A program made the position numbers and the translations under genes. A DNA stretch of 64,000 nucleotides, taken from positions 558,001-622,000 of the forward strand of contig CAXHJY010000860.1 in assembly GCA_964016885.1 (NCBI GenBank), in the 5' to 3' direction. The notes under the pieces are model-generated. The model made no database searches and was not told the DNA's origin. It was given only the letters and a program-made list of their open reading frames with translations. This document shows positions 30,426-45,216 of the stretch, one piece after another. Within the stretch, counting starts at the first letter, position 1, and every line of letters starts with the position of its first letter. This stretch comes from Eledone cirrhosa. Its lineage: Eukaryota.

Positions 30426-30517
30426 TGTATTTATATATATATATATATATGTATTTATATATATATATGTATTTATATATATATATATATATGTATTTAT
30501 ATATATATATATATATG

Positions 30518-30552
<35 letters not shown>

Positions 30553-31264
30553 TTATATATATATGTATTTATATATATATATATGTATTTATATATATAT
30601 ATATGTATTTATATATATATATATGTATTTATATATATATATATGTATTTATATATATATATATGTATTTATATATATATATATGTATTTATATATATAT
30701 ATATGTATTTATATATATATATATATGTATATATAATGTGTGTGTGTATGCATTATATATGTATGTATAGAGATGTGTATATACATATATATATTTATAT
30801 ATAAATATATATATTTATATTCATATATATATATGTGCTTGTGTGTATGTTTATATATATATATATATATATATACACCCAGATCACCCTCACAACAGAC
30901 CAAAGGCAAATTCCTTCGCCAAGGTCTGGCACAACTACAATAATAACAACATTGATAATAATAATAATAATAATAATAATAAGAGTAATAATAATAATGG
31001 CGATGACGGAGTTCTTTTGGCCACAAGGGTCCTAAAATTTGGGAACTAAACTAGAAAAGGATCCAGGCCAATATAAAATGGGATTTGTTCGATTGAAGGG
31101 AAGCGGATGTGGAGAAAGGGCACAGAAACACATACACACATATATATATATACATATATATATATATACATATATATTTATTATTATTACTATATACATA
31201 TATATATATATATGTATGTATGTATGTATATATTACATATATATTTATTATTATTACTATATAC

Positions 31265-31299
<35 letters not shown>

Positions 31300-31367
31300 T
31301 ATATATATACATACATACATACATAGATATAGATATATATATATACATACATACATACATAGATATA

Positions 31368-31399
<32 letters not shown>

Positions 31400-31657
31400 A
31401 TAGATAGATATACATATATTTATATATATAGATATATATATATATATGGACATACATATATGTATAACATATGTATATGCATACATATGCACACACATGC
31501 CCATGAACACACACACACACATACATATATACACAGACTTTTACACACACACCGACAATTTTCTCACAAATCTAAAATTCCACACTTAAATACTATTCTT
31601 AATATGAACCCACACATACACATACAGACACACATACACATACATACACACATACAG

Positions 31658-31730
<73 letters not shown>

Positions 31731-32731
31731 CACACACAGACCAACACACGCAAAAGCACATATACACAAATACACATATTTACACACAAACAAATGTAAC
31801 TACACACACATGCATAAATGCACACGCACAAACAGACACATATACTCACATACACACACACACAAAAATACGCGTATATCTAAATTCCAAACACATACAT
31901 ACAAATGCATACACACACACACACAAATAAACAAGCAGACACACAGACACACAGAGACACACAGAGACACATACACACAAATAAACACACACACCAACAA
32001 TCACATACAAATATTCACACACACACTGATAATTACACACACACACACACACACAAGTAAGCACATACACGCACTATCACACGCAAAACCATACACGAAT
32101 ATAGATATACACGCGCACTCACACACACACACACAAACACAAAATAAACATACACACACGCACAAATAAACGCACGCGCGCGCTCTCAAATAAGCACACA
32201 CACACAACCGCACAAATAAACACACACACACACACACACACACACAAATAATCACAAAAACACACACACAATTAAATACACACGCACAAATACACACACA
32301 CACACAAATAAATACACACAAATAAACATACACACACAAAAATAAACACAAGCACGCACAAATAAACACAAACACACACAAATAATCACAAAAACACACA
32401 CACAATTAAATACACACGCACAAATACACACACAAATAAATACACACACAAATAAACATACACACACAAAAATAAACACAAACACACACAAATAAACACA
32501 AACACACACAAATAAACACAAACACACACAAATAAACACAAACACACACAAAAACTCAAAAACACACACACAATTAAATACACACGCACAAATAAACACA
32601 CACACACACACATAAATACACACACAAATAAACATACACACACACAAATAAACATACACACACACAAATAAACACAAACACACACAAATAAACACACACA
32701 CACACAAATAAACACACACGCACACAAATAA

Positions 32732-32775
<44 letters not shown>

Positions 32776-33327
32776 ACAAACACCCACGCATCGACAGCCT
32801 AGACACCAACCAGAAATTCCTTTCGTAAATAGCAGACCCAAGATGGCCGACCAACAATAGCCTAAAGTCAGCGTTTAATAGCTGAGAAACGCCATTTTGA
32901 AGGGCAAAGTGCAGGCGACTTTTTCGTTGGAACGCGAGAAAGAAAATGACCGAGGTGTGTATATATATACACGCTGTATATTGTATACACAATATTATAT
33001 AGACTAATTTTACTAACTACCATCAGGACCCCTCAGGGAGTGTTCGGGATGAGAGTGTGTGTGTGTGTATATATATGTATATATATGTATATATATGTAT
33101 ATATGTATGTGTGCATATGCATTTACATTTGCATGCGTGTATATGTGTGTGTGCTTATGTATTTGTTTGGGTGCAGGTATATATATATATATATGTGTGT
33201 GTGCGTGTGTGTATATATTTGTGAATAGATATATATGTATATATATTTGTATATAAATATAAATATATATATTTGTATATAAATATATGTATATATACAT
33301 ATATTTGTGTATATATACATATATTTG

Positions 33328-33435
<108 letters not shown>

Positions 33436-33459
33436 TGTATATGTATATATATATATATG

Positions 33460-33530
<71 letters not shown>

Positions 33531-33552
33531 GTATATATATATGTATATATAT

Positions 33553-33598
<46 letters not shown>

Positions 33599-33599
33599 G

Positions 33600-33658
<59 letters not shown>

Positions 33659-33695
33659 GTATATATATGTATATATATATATATGTATATATATG

Positions 33696-33728
<33 letters not shown>

Positions 33729-33859
33729 GTATGTATATATATATATATATATGTATATATATGTATGTATATATATATATATATATGTATATATATGTAT
33801 ATATATATATGTATATATATGTATGTATATATATGTATATATATGTATGTATATATATG

Positions 33860-33930
<71 letters not shown>

Positions 33931-33955
33931 GTATATATATGTATGTATATATATG

Positions 33956-34140
<185 letters not shown>

Positions 34141-34730
34141 GTGTTATATATATATATATGTGTATATGTGTATATATATATGTGTATATATATATATGTG
34201 TATATATATATATATATGTGTATATGTGTATATATATATGTGTATATATATATATATGTGTATATATTTATTTGTGTATATATATATTTGTATATATATA
34301 TATTTGTGTATATATTTGTATATATATATATGTATATATATTTGTATATATATATATGTATATATATTTGTATGTATATATATTTGTATATATATATATG
34401 TATATATATTTGTATATATGTATATATATTTGTATATATATATATTTGTATATATATATATGTATATATATTTGTATATATATATATATGTATATATATT
34501 TGTATATATATATATATATATTGTGCGTGTGCTTATATAACTAAGAGAGATAGATAGATAAACAACATACACACCACAAACGTATATACACTATGCGCAT
34601 GTGTGTGTGTGTGTGCGTGTGCGTGCGTGCGTGCGTGTGTGTGAGAAATAAAACAGAAACAACAAAGCTACCAACACAGTACAATGAAGAGATATATTAG
34701 TTCGCCGCTACATATAGTAGGAAAAAGAGT

Positions 34731-34770
34731 CATAACGTACGTTTCGGACTCTAGTCCTTCATCAGAATAG
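34731..34770 (-). ncRNA. Minimal type I hammerhead motif
   Basis: CTGATGA-A-GGAC TAGA GTCC-GAAAC-GTAC-GTT. Stem I is weak. Confidence 0.65.
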
Positions 34771-34852
34771 ATATACAGATACATAGAATGAGAGACATAC
34801 AGACACTCGTTAGAACGATATATGTGTGTTTATATATATATATATAGATATA

Positions 34853-34900
<48 letters not shown>

Positions 34901-34939
34901 ATATATACGTACATACATATATGTTTACAGCCGCACATA

Positions 34940-35560
34940 CATATATGTTTACAGACGCACAGTAGCATGTATATATATATACATACATGCACACATATAT
35001 ATATGTACGTATGGATTCACCGAACATTTATTATAATGCTCGGTGTGTTTGTAAACAAACAGCCCGAATTAAGCCGTACAGTGTTCGGCAACCATCGTCG
35101 CCCTTTTGTTCAACACTGACAAAGGAACGATGTACTAGTTTCAAGCTTATTAGCTATCGTCAGCATCGTATACCTTTCTGTCAGATGATTGAACGTCTGA
35201 AAGTATATACTTTCATTATGCATATTAACGGCTGAGCAGCCTAATTTGCATATCGAGTGAGTTAGTCGGCCGGGGTACCGAAAACGATAAACGGAAAGAT
35301 GAAACGAAATTTCATTTCTCACTCTTAGTACGGCTGATACCTAAATATAAGTATGTACACATACATACATATATGTATACAGACGTACAGTAGTATGTAT
35401 ATATATACATACATGTACACACATATATATGTATATGTACGTATGGGTTTACCGAACATTTATTATAATGTTCGGTTTGTTCGTAAACAAACAGCCCGAA
35501 TTACGCCGTCCAGTGTTCGGCAACCATCGTTGCCTTTTTGTTCAACACTGACACGATGTG
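34940..35560. repeat. Direct repeat with period about 432 bp
   Basis: 35005-35120 recurs at 35437-35551 (CCGAACATTTATTATAATG...AAACAAACAGCCCGAATT...CAACACTGAC). Confidence 0.85.
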
Positions 35561-35564
35561 CTAG

Positions 35565-35599
<35 letters not shown>

Positions 35600-35602
<3 letters not shown>

Positions 35603-35789
35603 CGAAGGAAATGCGGTAAGGGACCAGGTGGACCATAACGCACCAAAGTACTCAATACTTAGGGTAGTAGAGTGGGTAATAGGAAAGAGTAGGACGGCTG
35701 AGCTCAAGCCGTTTCGACGGCTAATTCTGGACTAGTCCAGAATTAGCCGTCGAAACGGCTTGAGCTCAGCCGTCGGGGTCCTACTCTTT

Positions 35790-35793
<4 letters not shown>
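35600..35793 (-). mobile_element. Fold-back element family B, copy 3
   Basis: Tail first, then palindrome centred on GGACTAGTCC. Confidence 0.88.
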
Positions 35794-35854
<61 letters not shown>

Positions 35855-35857
<3 letters not shown>

Positions 35858-36135
35858 GAAAGAAGAGTGACACGGTTTGTTATACAAAATAGGTTTTTAA
35901 TCTCATTGCTGACAATTAAAAACCTTTGTTGTAAAGCAAACCGTGTCACTCTTTTTTCCTGATTTATTATTACTCCAAGTGTTTACAACATAGGAATTAC
36001 AGCGTACTCGCAGCATCACTATGGAAACGCCTTGTTGAGTCAAACCAAGCCAAGCGTTGATATCATCCACTACCTGGAATACCATAACTGGACTACACCT
36101 AAGTGGACTGCATATAACTATTATTTGTTACCCCG

Positions 36136-36136
<1 letters not shown>
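35855..36136 (+). mobile_element. Fold-back pLTR-like remnant (family G)
   Basis: Arms 35855-35903 and 35915-35962. Tail is homologous to the reverse complement of 50581-50745. Confidence 0.7.
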
Positions 36137-36162
<26 letters not shown>

Positions 36163-36167
<5 letters not shown>

Positions 36168-36945
36168 GATAAGCAGAACAAGTAAAATTCAATCAATTTT
36201 TCAAAATACATTAAAATACATTAAAAAATATAATATAATATAAATATTTACCTCTTCTAGTGGCCCTTACTGATCAGTTTCGCTTTGTAAAACCTCATAA
36301 ATCTGATGTATTTTGAAAAATTGATTGAATTTTACTTGTTCTGCTTATCTTAATATTAAAGTTCTGGTGTATCAAATTAACACCATTGAACAACCTTGAA
36401 TCATAGACAACCTATGTATTTCTAGGGGTACCTAGTATCCCTGGACATATTAACTTCTACCTTTTTCTCCGTCCGTTGAGAACAAATCTGTTGCTCTACT
36501 TGGCTGCTATTTTTTTTAGTAGTAATTGTAGACAGCAAGTCTTTGATTTTCCCGCTTTTACTTCGGTCCAGTTTACATACGGGTCACTTTTACGACCTTT
36601 CAGACCTTTATTAGCTGGCAGGAGGTTGTATATTTTGTCGTTCCTGGGACGTTTAGCCCTAGGAAGGGAAAATGCTTCTCTGATGAGCTTCGGTTTTCCA
36701 TCATAAATCCATCGGATTTATGAGGTTTTACAAAGCGAAACTGATCAGTAAGGGCCACTAGAAGAGGTAAATATTTATATTATATTTTTTAATGTATTTT
36801 GAAAAATTGATTGAATTTTACTTGTTCTGCTTATCTTAATATTAAAGTTCTGGTGTATCAAATTAACACCATTGAACAACCTTGAATCATAGACAACCTA
36901 TGTATTTCTAGGGGTACCTAGTATCCCTGGACATATTAACTTCTA

Positions 36946-36948
<3 letters not shown>
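36163..36948 (+). mobile_element. Non-coding HHR element: inverted arm plus partial tandem 486-nt unit (retrozyme/pLTR-like, family C)
   Basis: 36163-36308 is the reverse complement of 36710-36840, and 36309-36461 repeats at 36795-36948. No ORF. (TA)n on both sides. Confidence 0.85.
36675..36755 (+). ncRNA. Type I hammerhead with extended stem II
   Basis: TTCT-CTGATGA-GCTT...TCATAAATCC ATC GGATTTATGA...AAGC-GAAAC-TGATCA-GTA-AGGG. Confidence 0.85.
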
Positions 36949-36988
<40 letters not shown>

Positions 36989-39804
36989 GTCCGAGAACTC
37001 AACACAAGTAAGAATGTTTTGGCAATATATACAATGATTTTGCTAAGGGTTTTCGGTGTCCTAACATTCAGGTGCAGACATAAGTACCTTCTTGGTTGTC
37101 TCTCGTTTGATCAGGTGAAACAACTTTGGTAGAGATCGATAGAGTGGTGAGGGAGGGGGGGGGGGTTAAAGTCTGACTGACATAGATAGATAAATAGATA
37201 GATGGATAGATCGATAGATAGATGGATGAGTAGGTAGGTAGGTATATAGAGAGATAGAGAGATGGAGAGACGGACGGACGGAAAGAAAGCTAGATAGCCT
37301 GGTAGATATAGATGTTTTTCTTTCCCTCCTCTTTCTCCTTTTTTCATCTTCTCCTCCTTCTCCTAAGCCTTCTTCTTTTTCTTTTTCTTTTTCTTTTTCT
37401 TCTTCTTTTTCTTCTTTTTCTTTTTCTTCTTTTTCTTCTTCTTCTTCTTCTGCTGTCACATGTCTCTAGTTCCTGTTTACTTTCGTTTGGTAATATTTTT
37501 ATTTAATTTTATTTTGTTTTGTTTTATTCTCCCCCCCCCCTGATGCTCCCCCTTCTCTCCCTCCTCCCCCCTTTTTACCACACAGACAGACAGCCAGACT
37601 CTCGGTTCTTGTTTGTTTTGAAGGATTTCTCAAAGACAAACACCAACACACTCCACCAACACCACCACACCTCCATCACCAACAACACCACCACTAACAC
37701 TACCGTCAACACCACTACCATCGCTACACGCCACCATCGCTAGCTAGCAACCAGCCATACCGTCAACACCGCCTCCACCAACAACAGGCATCGCAACAAC
37801 AACAACAACACCACCAGCACCACAACACACACACCACCACCACCACCACAACACATCGCCTCACAACAACACCACCACCATAACACCACCACCGCCACCA
37901 CCACCACAACACATCGCCTCACAGCAACAACACCACCACTACACACCAACACCACCACAACACATCGCCTCACAACACTACCGCCACCACCACCACACAC
38001 CAACACCAACACCACCACCACCACAACACATCGCCTCACAGCACCACACCACCACCACCACCACCACCACCACCACCGCTAGCTAGCAACAGCCAACCAG
38101 CCGGCCATGACCCGTAACCAAAGGAGAGAGGGTCACACATCAGAAAACCTCACCTCTATACACGACCATCCACCTTCAACCACCACCACCGTCCACCACC
38201 ACGCACAACAACCACCACCACCCGCCTCCTCCACTATGGCTAGTCTCCAAGCCAGCCTCAAGATACTGGACAATGTCCAATATATGAAGAGAGAGAGAGA
38301 GAGAGAGAGAATAAGGGAGGGGGAAGGGGTAGGTGGAAAGAAGGGAACTTCAAGAGGAGGGGTTTTGGTGAATTGTTAGTGGTAGAGAGTGGTCGGTGTA
38401 GTGAGAGAGGCGGGCTACGAGACATTGTAGAAGAGAAGAGAATTTTTTTTTTTTTTTTTCAAACATGGCCGCCTTTATTCGTACAATAACAATTTCGGGC
38501 GAAGGAACGCGGCTCAAGCATACGTGTGTGTGTTTGTGTGTGTTTGTGTGTGAGTGTTTGTGTCTTTGTGTCTTTGTGTGTGTTTGGGTGTGTGTTTGGG
38601 TGTGTGTTTATGTGTGTGTGTTTGTGTGTGTGTGTCTGTGTGTTTGTGTGTGAGTGTTTGTGTCTTTGTGTGTGTTAGTGTATGTGTTTGGGTGTGTGTT
38701 TATGTGTGTGTGTGTTTGTGTGTGTGTCTGTGTGTGTTTGTGTGTGTTTGTGTGTGTGTTTGTGTCTTTGTGTCTTTGTGTGTGTTTGGGTGTGTGTGTT
38801 TGTGTGAGTGTCTATGTGTGTGTGTCTGTGTGTGTGTGTGTTTGTGTGTGTCTATGTGTGTGTCTCTGTGTGTGTGTTTGTGTGTGAGTGTTTGTATCTT
38901 TGTGTGTGTTAGTGTGTGTTTGGGTGTGTGTGTGTGTGTGTTTGTGTGTCTATGTGTCTGTGTGTGTTAGTGTTTGTGTGTTTGTGTAAATATAGACACA
39001 CACTCACACACACGTATACTCATACATGCATACATATATGTGTAGATACACACACACACAGTGGCACACGCACACATACATACATAAATGTGTAGATACA
39101 CACACACACACACACACACTCTCAGACACATACAACACATACATATATGGGTAGATATATACACACATACAAAGGCACACAGGTAGAAAGACACACACAC
39201 ACATATACACACGTACATGCACACATATATACATACACACATACACACATACATGCATCAAATGTATGGGAAAATATACGTACACGTGCATACACACATA
39301 CACACACTTACATTCATACATACATACATACATACATGTATACATATATACATACATACGTATACTTACAAACATGCAAGCATGCATGTGTACACATATA
39401 TACATACATACATATATATATACACACATACATCTACTTACAAACATGCAAGTATGCATGTATACACATACATACATTTATACATACATACGCACACACA
39501 TGTATACATATATATACACATACATATACTTATAAATATGCAAGCATGCATGTGTACACATATATACATACATACATACATACATACATACATACATACA
39601 TACATGCATATATATGCATATATACATATATATACACATACATATACCTATATATACACACATACATATACATATATATACACACATGCATATACATGCA
39701 TGTGTACACATATATACATACATACATGTATACATATATACATACATACATATACTTACAAACATGCATGCATGTGTACACATACATACATACCTACATA
39801 TATG

Positions 39805-40411
39805 GTGGCTGCCAACTCGTTTTCGAGTACGGCCACTATGTATATCTATGTAGGAGAACCCCTACCGATGCGCTGAACGAGTGTGACTTTTTAGTCCAGC
39901 CAGCGACTTGAAAACTCTGGTACAAACACTACACTTGTGAAAATTATTGACACATAGTGCTGGGCCCATGACGATACTATGTGACGACAAGTGCAGAGAG
40001 ATCTCCAGATATAAAGCAATGCCTGTGCCGTGAAGCTTTTATAGTGAGCAAAGGTACTGCACAAAGCCAGTCCCACTATCTTAACCAAGATGATATTTAC
40101 CAAAAAGAAGAACAAGTCAACATCATTGGATACCATCAGGGTTGCAGGTGTTATATCAGAGTTTCCTTCTCCTAGAATTCTGCCTTGACAAAGGCTAAGG
40201 GGTCATCTCTCCCGGTGATTTTGGATGGCCATTGACTCTTAAGAGCTCCTTTGCCCTTTGACAGGTTTTGTTTTTAGTCCTGCAGGATGTCCAAAGTCAC
40301 CCTCCTCGCCAAGAAACCTTGGTGGGGTTGCCAGTTTAGTCGCCAACGACCCGACCATGAGACAGGTTGTACTGGGATACATGTTACCAGTAGCACCAAT
40401 TGGTGACCTGA
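39805..40411. mobile_element. Interspersed repeat in (TACA)n, longer copy 2
   Basis: Shares about 340 bp with 14024-14364 and extends further (GTTTCCTTCTCCTAG...AAGGCTA, reminiscent of RTE-related elements). Ends at (TACA)n. Confidence 0.75.
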
Positions 40412-40487
40412 CATATACATACATACATACATACATACATACATACATACATACATACATACATACATACATACATACATACATACA

Positions 40488-40523
<36 letters not shown>

Positions 40524-40739
40524 TACATACATACATACATACATACATGTATACATGTATACATGTATACATGTATACATATATACACATACATATACTT
40601 ACAAGCATGCATGCGTACACATACATACATACATACATTCATATATGAAAAGTAATAAACATACACTCACACACGCATTGTTTATATATATAGATGCAAT
40701 ATACAGAGTCGGGGCCTTGCATGTCTATCTATCTCTCTT

Positions 40740-40772
<33 letters not shown>

Positions 40773-40774
40773 AT

Positions 40775-40817
<43 letters not shown>

Positions 40818-41355
40818 CATACATACACATGTATATGAGAGAGAGGGGGGATATATATACATATATATATTCCTCTGTCAATCTTTTATATATATATATA
40901 TAGAGAGAGGGGAGAGATATGTGTGTATGTTTGTGTATATATATATATATGTGTGTATATATATATATGTGTGTGTGTGTGTTTGTGTGTGTATATATAT
41001 GTGTGTGTGTATATGTGTTTGTGTGTATATATATGTGTGTGTTTGTGTGTATATATATGTGTGTGTTTGTGTGTATATATATATGTTTGTATGTATATAT
41101 ATATATATGTATGTGTGTATATATATATGTGTGTTTGTGTTTGTGTGTAAATACATATATATGTGTGTTTGTATATATATACATATGGGTGTGTGTTTGT
41201 GTATATATATATATAAATTTACACGTATGTGTATGTATATATATATATAATGTTAAGCTTGCTCTGTGTATATATATATATTTGCTCGATAAGGATAAAT
41301 ATATATCAAATATATAAGAACCGTAGAGCAAACATTTATTAAAATAACAGATTAA

Positions 41356-41406
41356 AGTTTAAGCAAAGAATCGCTGCTTTCACCCTTAACGGGATCTTCT
41401 GAAACT
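41356..41406 (-). ncRNA. Non-canonical hammerhead-like fold (CAGAAGA core), family A
   Basis: AGTTT-CAGAAGA-T CCC GTTAA GGG T-GAA-AGCAG CGATTCT TTGCT-T-AAACT. Confidence 0.65.
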
Positions 41407-41540
41407 AGCAAAGACAATCTGTAAACGCAGAAGTGGATATTTCAAAAAACGTTGCAACCGGAGGAAGACAGGAAGACGATACTTTGGTTCGTGGAAACGT
41501 TCCCTATGCAAATAAGTAATGGTATAAACATAACATATAC

Positions 41541-43164
41541 TGGACTGGACTGGACCGAACCTCTGGACCCTATTTCTCCCCACTTTACCCTGAAGGATCA
41601 CAAATCCAATTTTCCGAACAACCCCTCTATTTAGCTTTTTAACCCTACGAAGTCCGATTTAGGTTGACTTAGTAAAAGGATTGTTAATAGAATTATACCT
41701 GAAATTAGAAGTTTGGCCCCTCTTGCACTGTGGAACAATTCTTTCGCGGTGATTGATTGGTTCAACGGCATATGTAACAAGGAACATTGCCGTTTTATAC
41801 AATTCGACATCAATAATTACTACTCCTCCATCACTTTACCACTTCCCCTTATAGCTATCAATTTCGCTAAAACACTCACAGTGGTTAAGGATTTCGAAGT
41901 TGATGTCATCCTCAATGCCCGTAAGTCGGTGATTAATTTCTACGACACTATTTGGATTAAAAAATCCAATAGTACCCCAGTCGACGTGAGTATGGGCGCC
42001 AGCGATTCTGCGGAGGTTACTGATATTATCGGTCTTTTCCTCCTTTTCTCTATCAAGGACAAATTCCCCAACGCAGGCGGTGGTTTGTACCGTGATGATG
42101 GTCTTTTGACCATGAATAAGTGCGGCCGTCGTGCTTGCGAAAGGTTCAGAAAAGAACTCACAGCCTTCTTTAAAGGCTTCAACCTCTCTATACGGGTTGA
42201 GGCCAACCTCTCGGTCGTTAATTACCTCGACGTTACCCTCAATTTATCGAATGGCTTGTATTACCCGTATAGAAAGCCGAATGATACGCTTAATTACATA
42301 AGTAAGCATTCCAACCATCCTGCCAACATAACCAAGAACCTGGTAAGAAACGTTTCGTTGAGGCTTTCCCGTCTATCTACTAACGAGCATATTTTCAACG
42401 ACCATTCCACTTATTACAATGAAGCTCTTGCTCGGAGTGGATTTGTCGATAAGTAGCATATACAGAGTACGAGAATAGACCTAGAAAAAATAGATCCCGT
42501 CGCATTATATGGTATAACCCACCATATAATATGGAGGTGGCCACACCATTAGCTAAGATCTTTCTATCCCTTATTACGAAGCATTTTCCCCCTACACATA
42601 AATATAATAACATTTTTAATAGAAATACTATTCTAATTTCTTACTCTACGACTCCTAACCTTGCACATAACATCACAGCTTCCAATTTAGCTAAACTACA
42701 TAGCCGTAGGAACACGTACTAACTGTAATTGTAGGAATCGGGTTGATTACCCCCTATCCGGGAAATACCTCTCTAGTAACATTGTCTACAAATGTAAGGT
42801 TGAAACACCCACGTCCCGTAGGGCCTACATAGTGTTAACTGCCAATAGATTCAAACAGCGTCTTTACATGCATACCCATTCTTTTCGTTACCCTCTAAGA
42901 AGGAATATGACGTCACTTTCAGCTTATATCTGGAGTCTAAAAGACAACCACACCCAATATATGTTACACTGGGAGATCCTAGCTAGGGCTAGATCGTATA
43001 ACGGAAATAAAAAACGATGTGACCACTGCGCCGCTGAGTCCCTGGAAATACTCTACGCCACAGACCACATCTTAAACAAAAAATCTGAGGCAATTTCGGC
43101 TTGTAAACATAAATTGCACAAAACTTTCCTGTATTACAGCCCCACATTATACCCTAACGGATAG
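41541..43164 (+). pseudogene. PLE reverse transcriptase plus C-terminal GIY-YIG endonuclease, disrupted
   Basis: Motifs FTLKDHK, FIQFDINNYYSSI, DVSMGASDSAEVTDIIGLFLL, GLYRDDGL, VNYLDVTLNL, SNHP, IIWYNPPY, CNCR, IVYKC..AYI..RFKQRLYMH, CDHC..E, LNKKSE..CKH. Stops at about 41632 and 41665, frameshifts at about 42453 and 42720. Confidence 0.92.
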
Positions 43165-43342
43165 TACGATCTATACGTGGATATTTTACGTCTTGATGTG
43201 GTTGCTAAGTATATGTTATGTTTATACCATTACTTATTTCCATAGGGGACGTTTCCACGAACCAAAGTATCGTCTTTCTATCTTCCTCCGGTTGCAACGT
43301 TTTTTGAAATATCCACTTCTGCGTTTACAGATTGACTTTGTT

Positions 43343-43393
43343 AGTTTCAGAAGATCCCGATAGGGGTGAAAGCAGCAATCCTTTGCTTAAATT
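43343..43393 (+). ncRNA. Non-canonical hammerhead-like fold (CAGAAGA core), family A
   Basis: AGTTT-CAGAAGA-TCCCGATAGGGGT-GAA-AGCAG CAATCCT TTGCT-T-AAATT, followed by AATAAA. Confidence 0.65.
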
Positions 43394-43409
43394 TTAATCT
43401 GTTATTTTA

Positions 43410-43569
<160 letters not shown>

Positions 43570-43589
43570 GTATATATATATATATATAC

Positions 43590-43635
<46 letters not shown>

Positions 43636-43719
43636 GTATATATATATATATATATATATATAAACGTATATATATATATATATAGTTATATATATATATA
43701 TATAGTTATATATATATAG

Positions 43720-43807
<88 letters not shown>

Positions 43808-44094
43808 GTGTGTATATATATATATATATATATACGTGTATATATATATATATATACGTGTATATATATATATATATATACGTGTATATATATATATATA
43901 TATACGTGTATATATATATATATATATATACGTGTGTATATATATATATATATATACATGTATGTCTCTCTCTCTCTATATATATAAGGTTCAGCTTGCT
44001 GTGTATATATCTTTACGTACTTGGTTAATGTTATGTAATACTAAATACTGTAACTAGAAATATAGGAAATATAATCTGTTGCTATCTGACTACA

Positions 44095-44145
<51 letters not shown>

Positions 44146-44527
44146 ATATATGTGTGTGTGTGTATATGTGTGTGTGTATATATGTGTATGTGTGTGTATA
44201 TATATGTGTGTGTATATATGTGCATGTTTATGTATGTGTGTATATAGGTGTGTATGTGTGTATGTATGTGTCTGTGTATATATATGAGTGTGTGTGTATA
44301 AATATATATGTATATATATATATGTGTATATATGTGTATTTATTAATATATATGTATATGTATATATGTGTATATATGTGTATTTATTAATATATATGTA
44401 TATGTACATATATATAAGTAATATATATGTATGTGTATATATGTATATATATATATGTACATATATATGTATATATATATATTTATATTTATATGTATAT
44501 ATATATGTATATCTATATATATATGTA

Positions 44528-44566
<39 letters not shown>

Positions 44567-44641
44567 TCCTATATATGTGTATATATATATATATACTCCT
44601 ATATATGTATATATATATATATATGTATATATTTATATATG

Positions 44642-44692
<51 letters not shown>

Positions 44693-44713
44693 GTGTATAT
44701 ATATATATGTGTG

Positions 44714-44746
<33 letters not shown>

Positions 44747-44747
44747 G

Positions 44748-44778
<31 letters not shown>

Positions 44779-44965
44779 GTGTATATATATATATGTGTGT
44801 ATATATATGTATATATATATATGTGTATATATATATATGTGTGTATATATATATATACATATATATATGTATATATATATATATGTGTGTGTATATATAT
44901 ATATGTGTGTATATATATATATACACATATATATGTATATATATAAATATATATATATATATACT

Positions 44966-45002
<37 letters not shown>

Positions 45003-45003
45003 T

Positions 45004-45038
<35 letters not shown>

Positions 45039-45216
45039 TCCTATATATATATATATATATATACTCCTATATATAAATATATATATATATATATGTAGAT
45101 GAGTAATATTGTAGAACAACAAAACTATGCATATATCAGATAAGTACCACTCCACAGTTGGGAGAACTGGAGTATATATAATAAAGAGGAATTAAATGAT
45201 GCTCTTTTAACCATCA

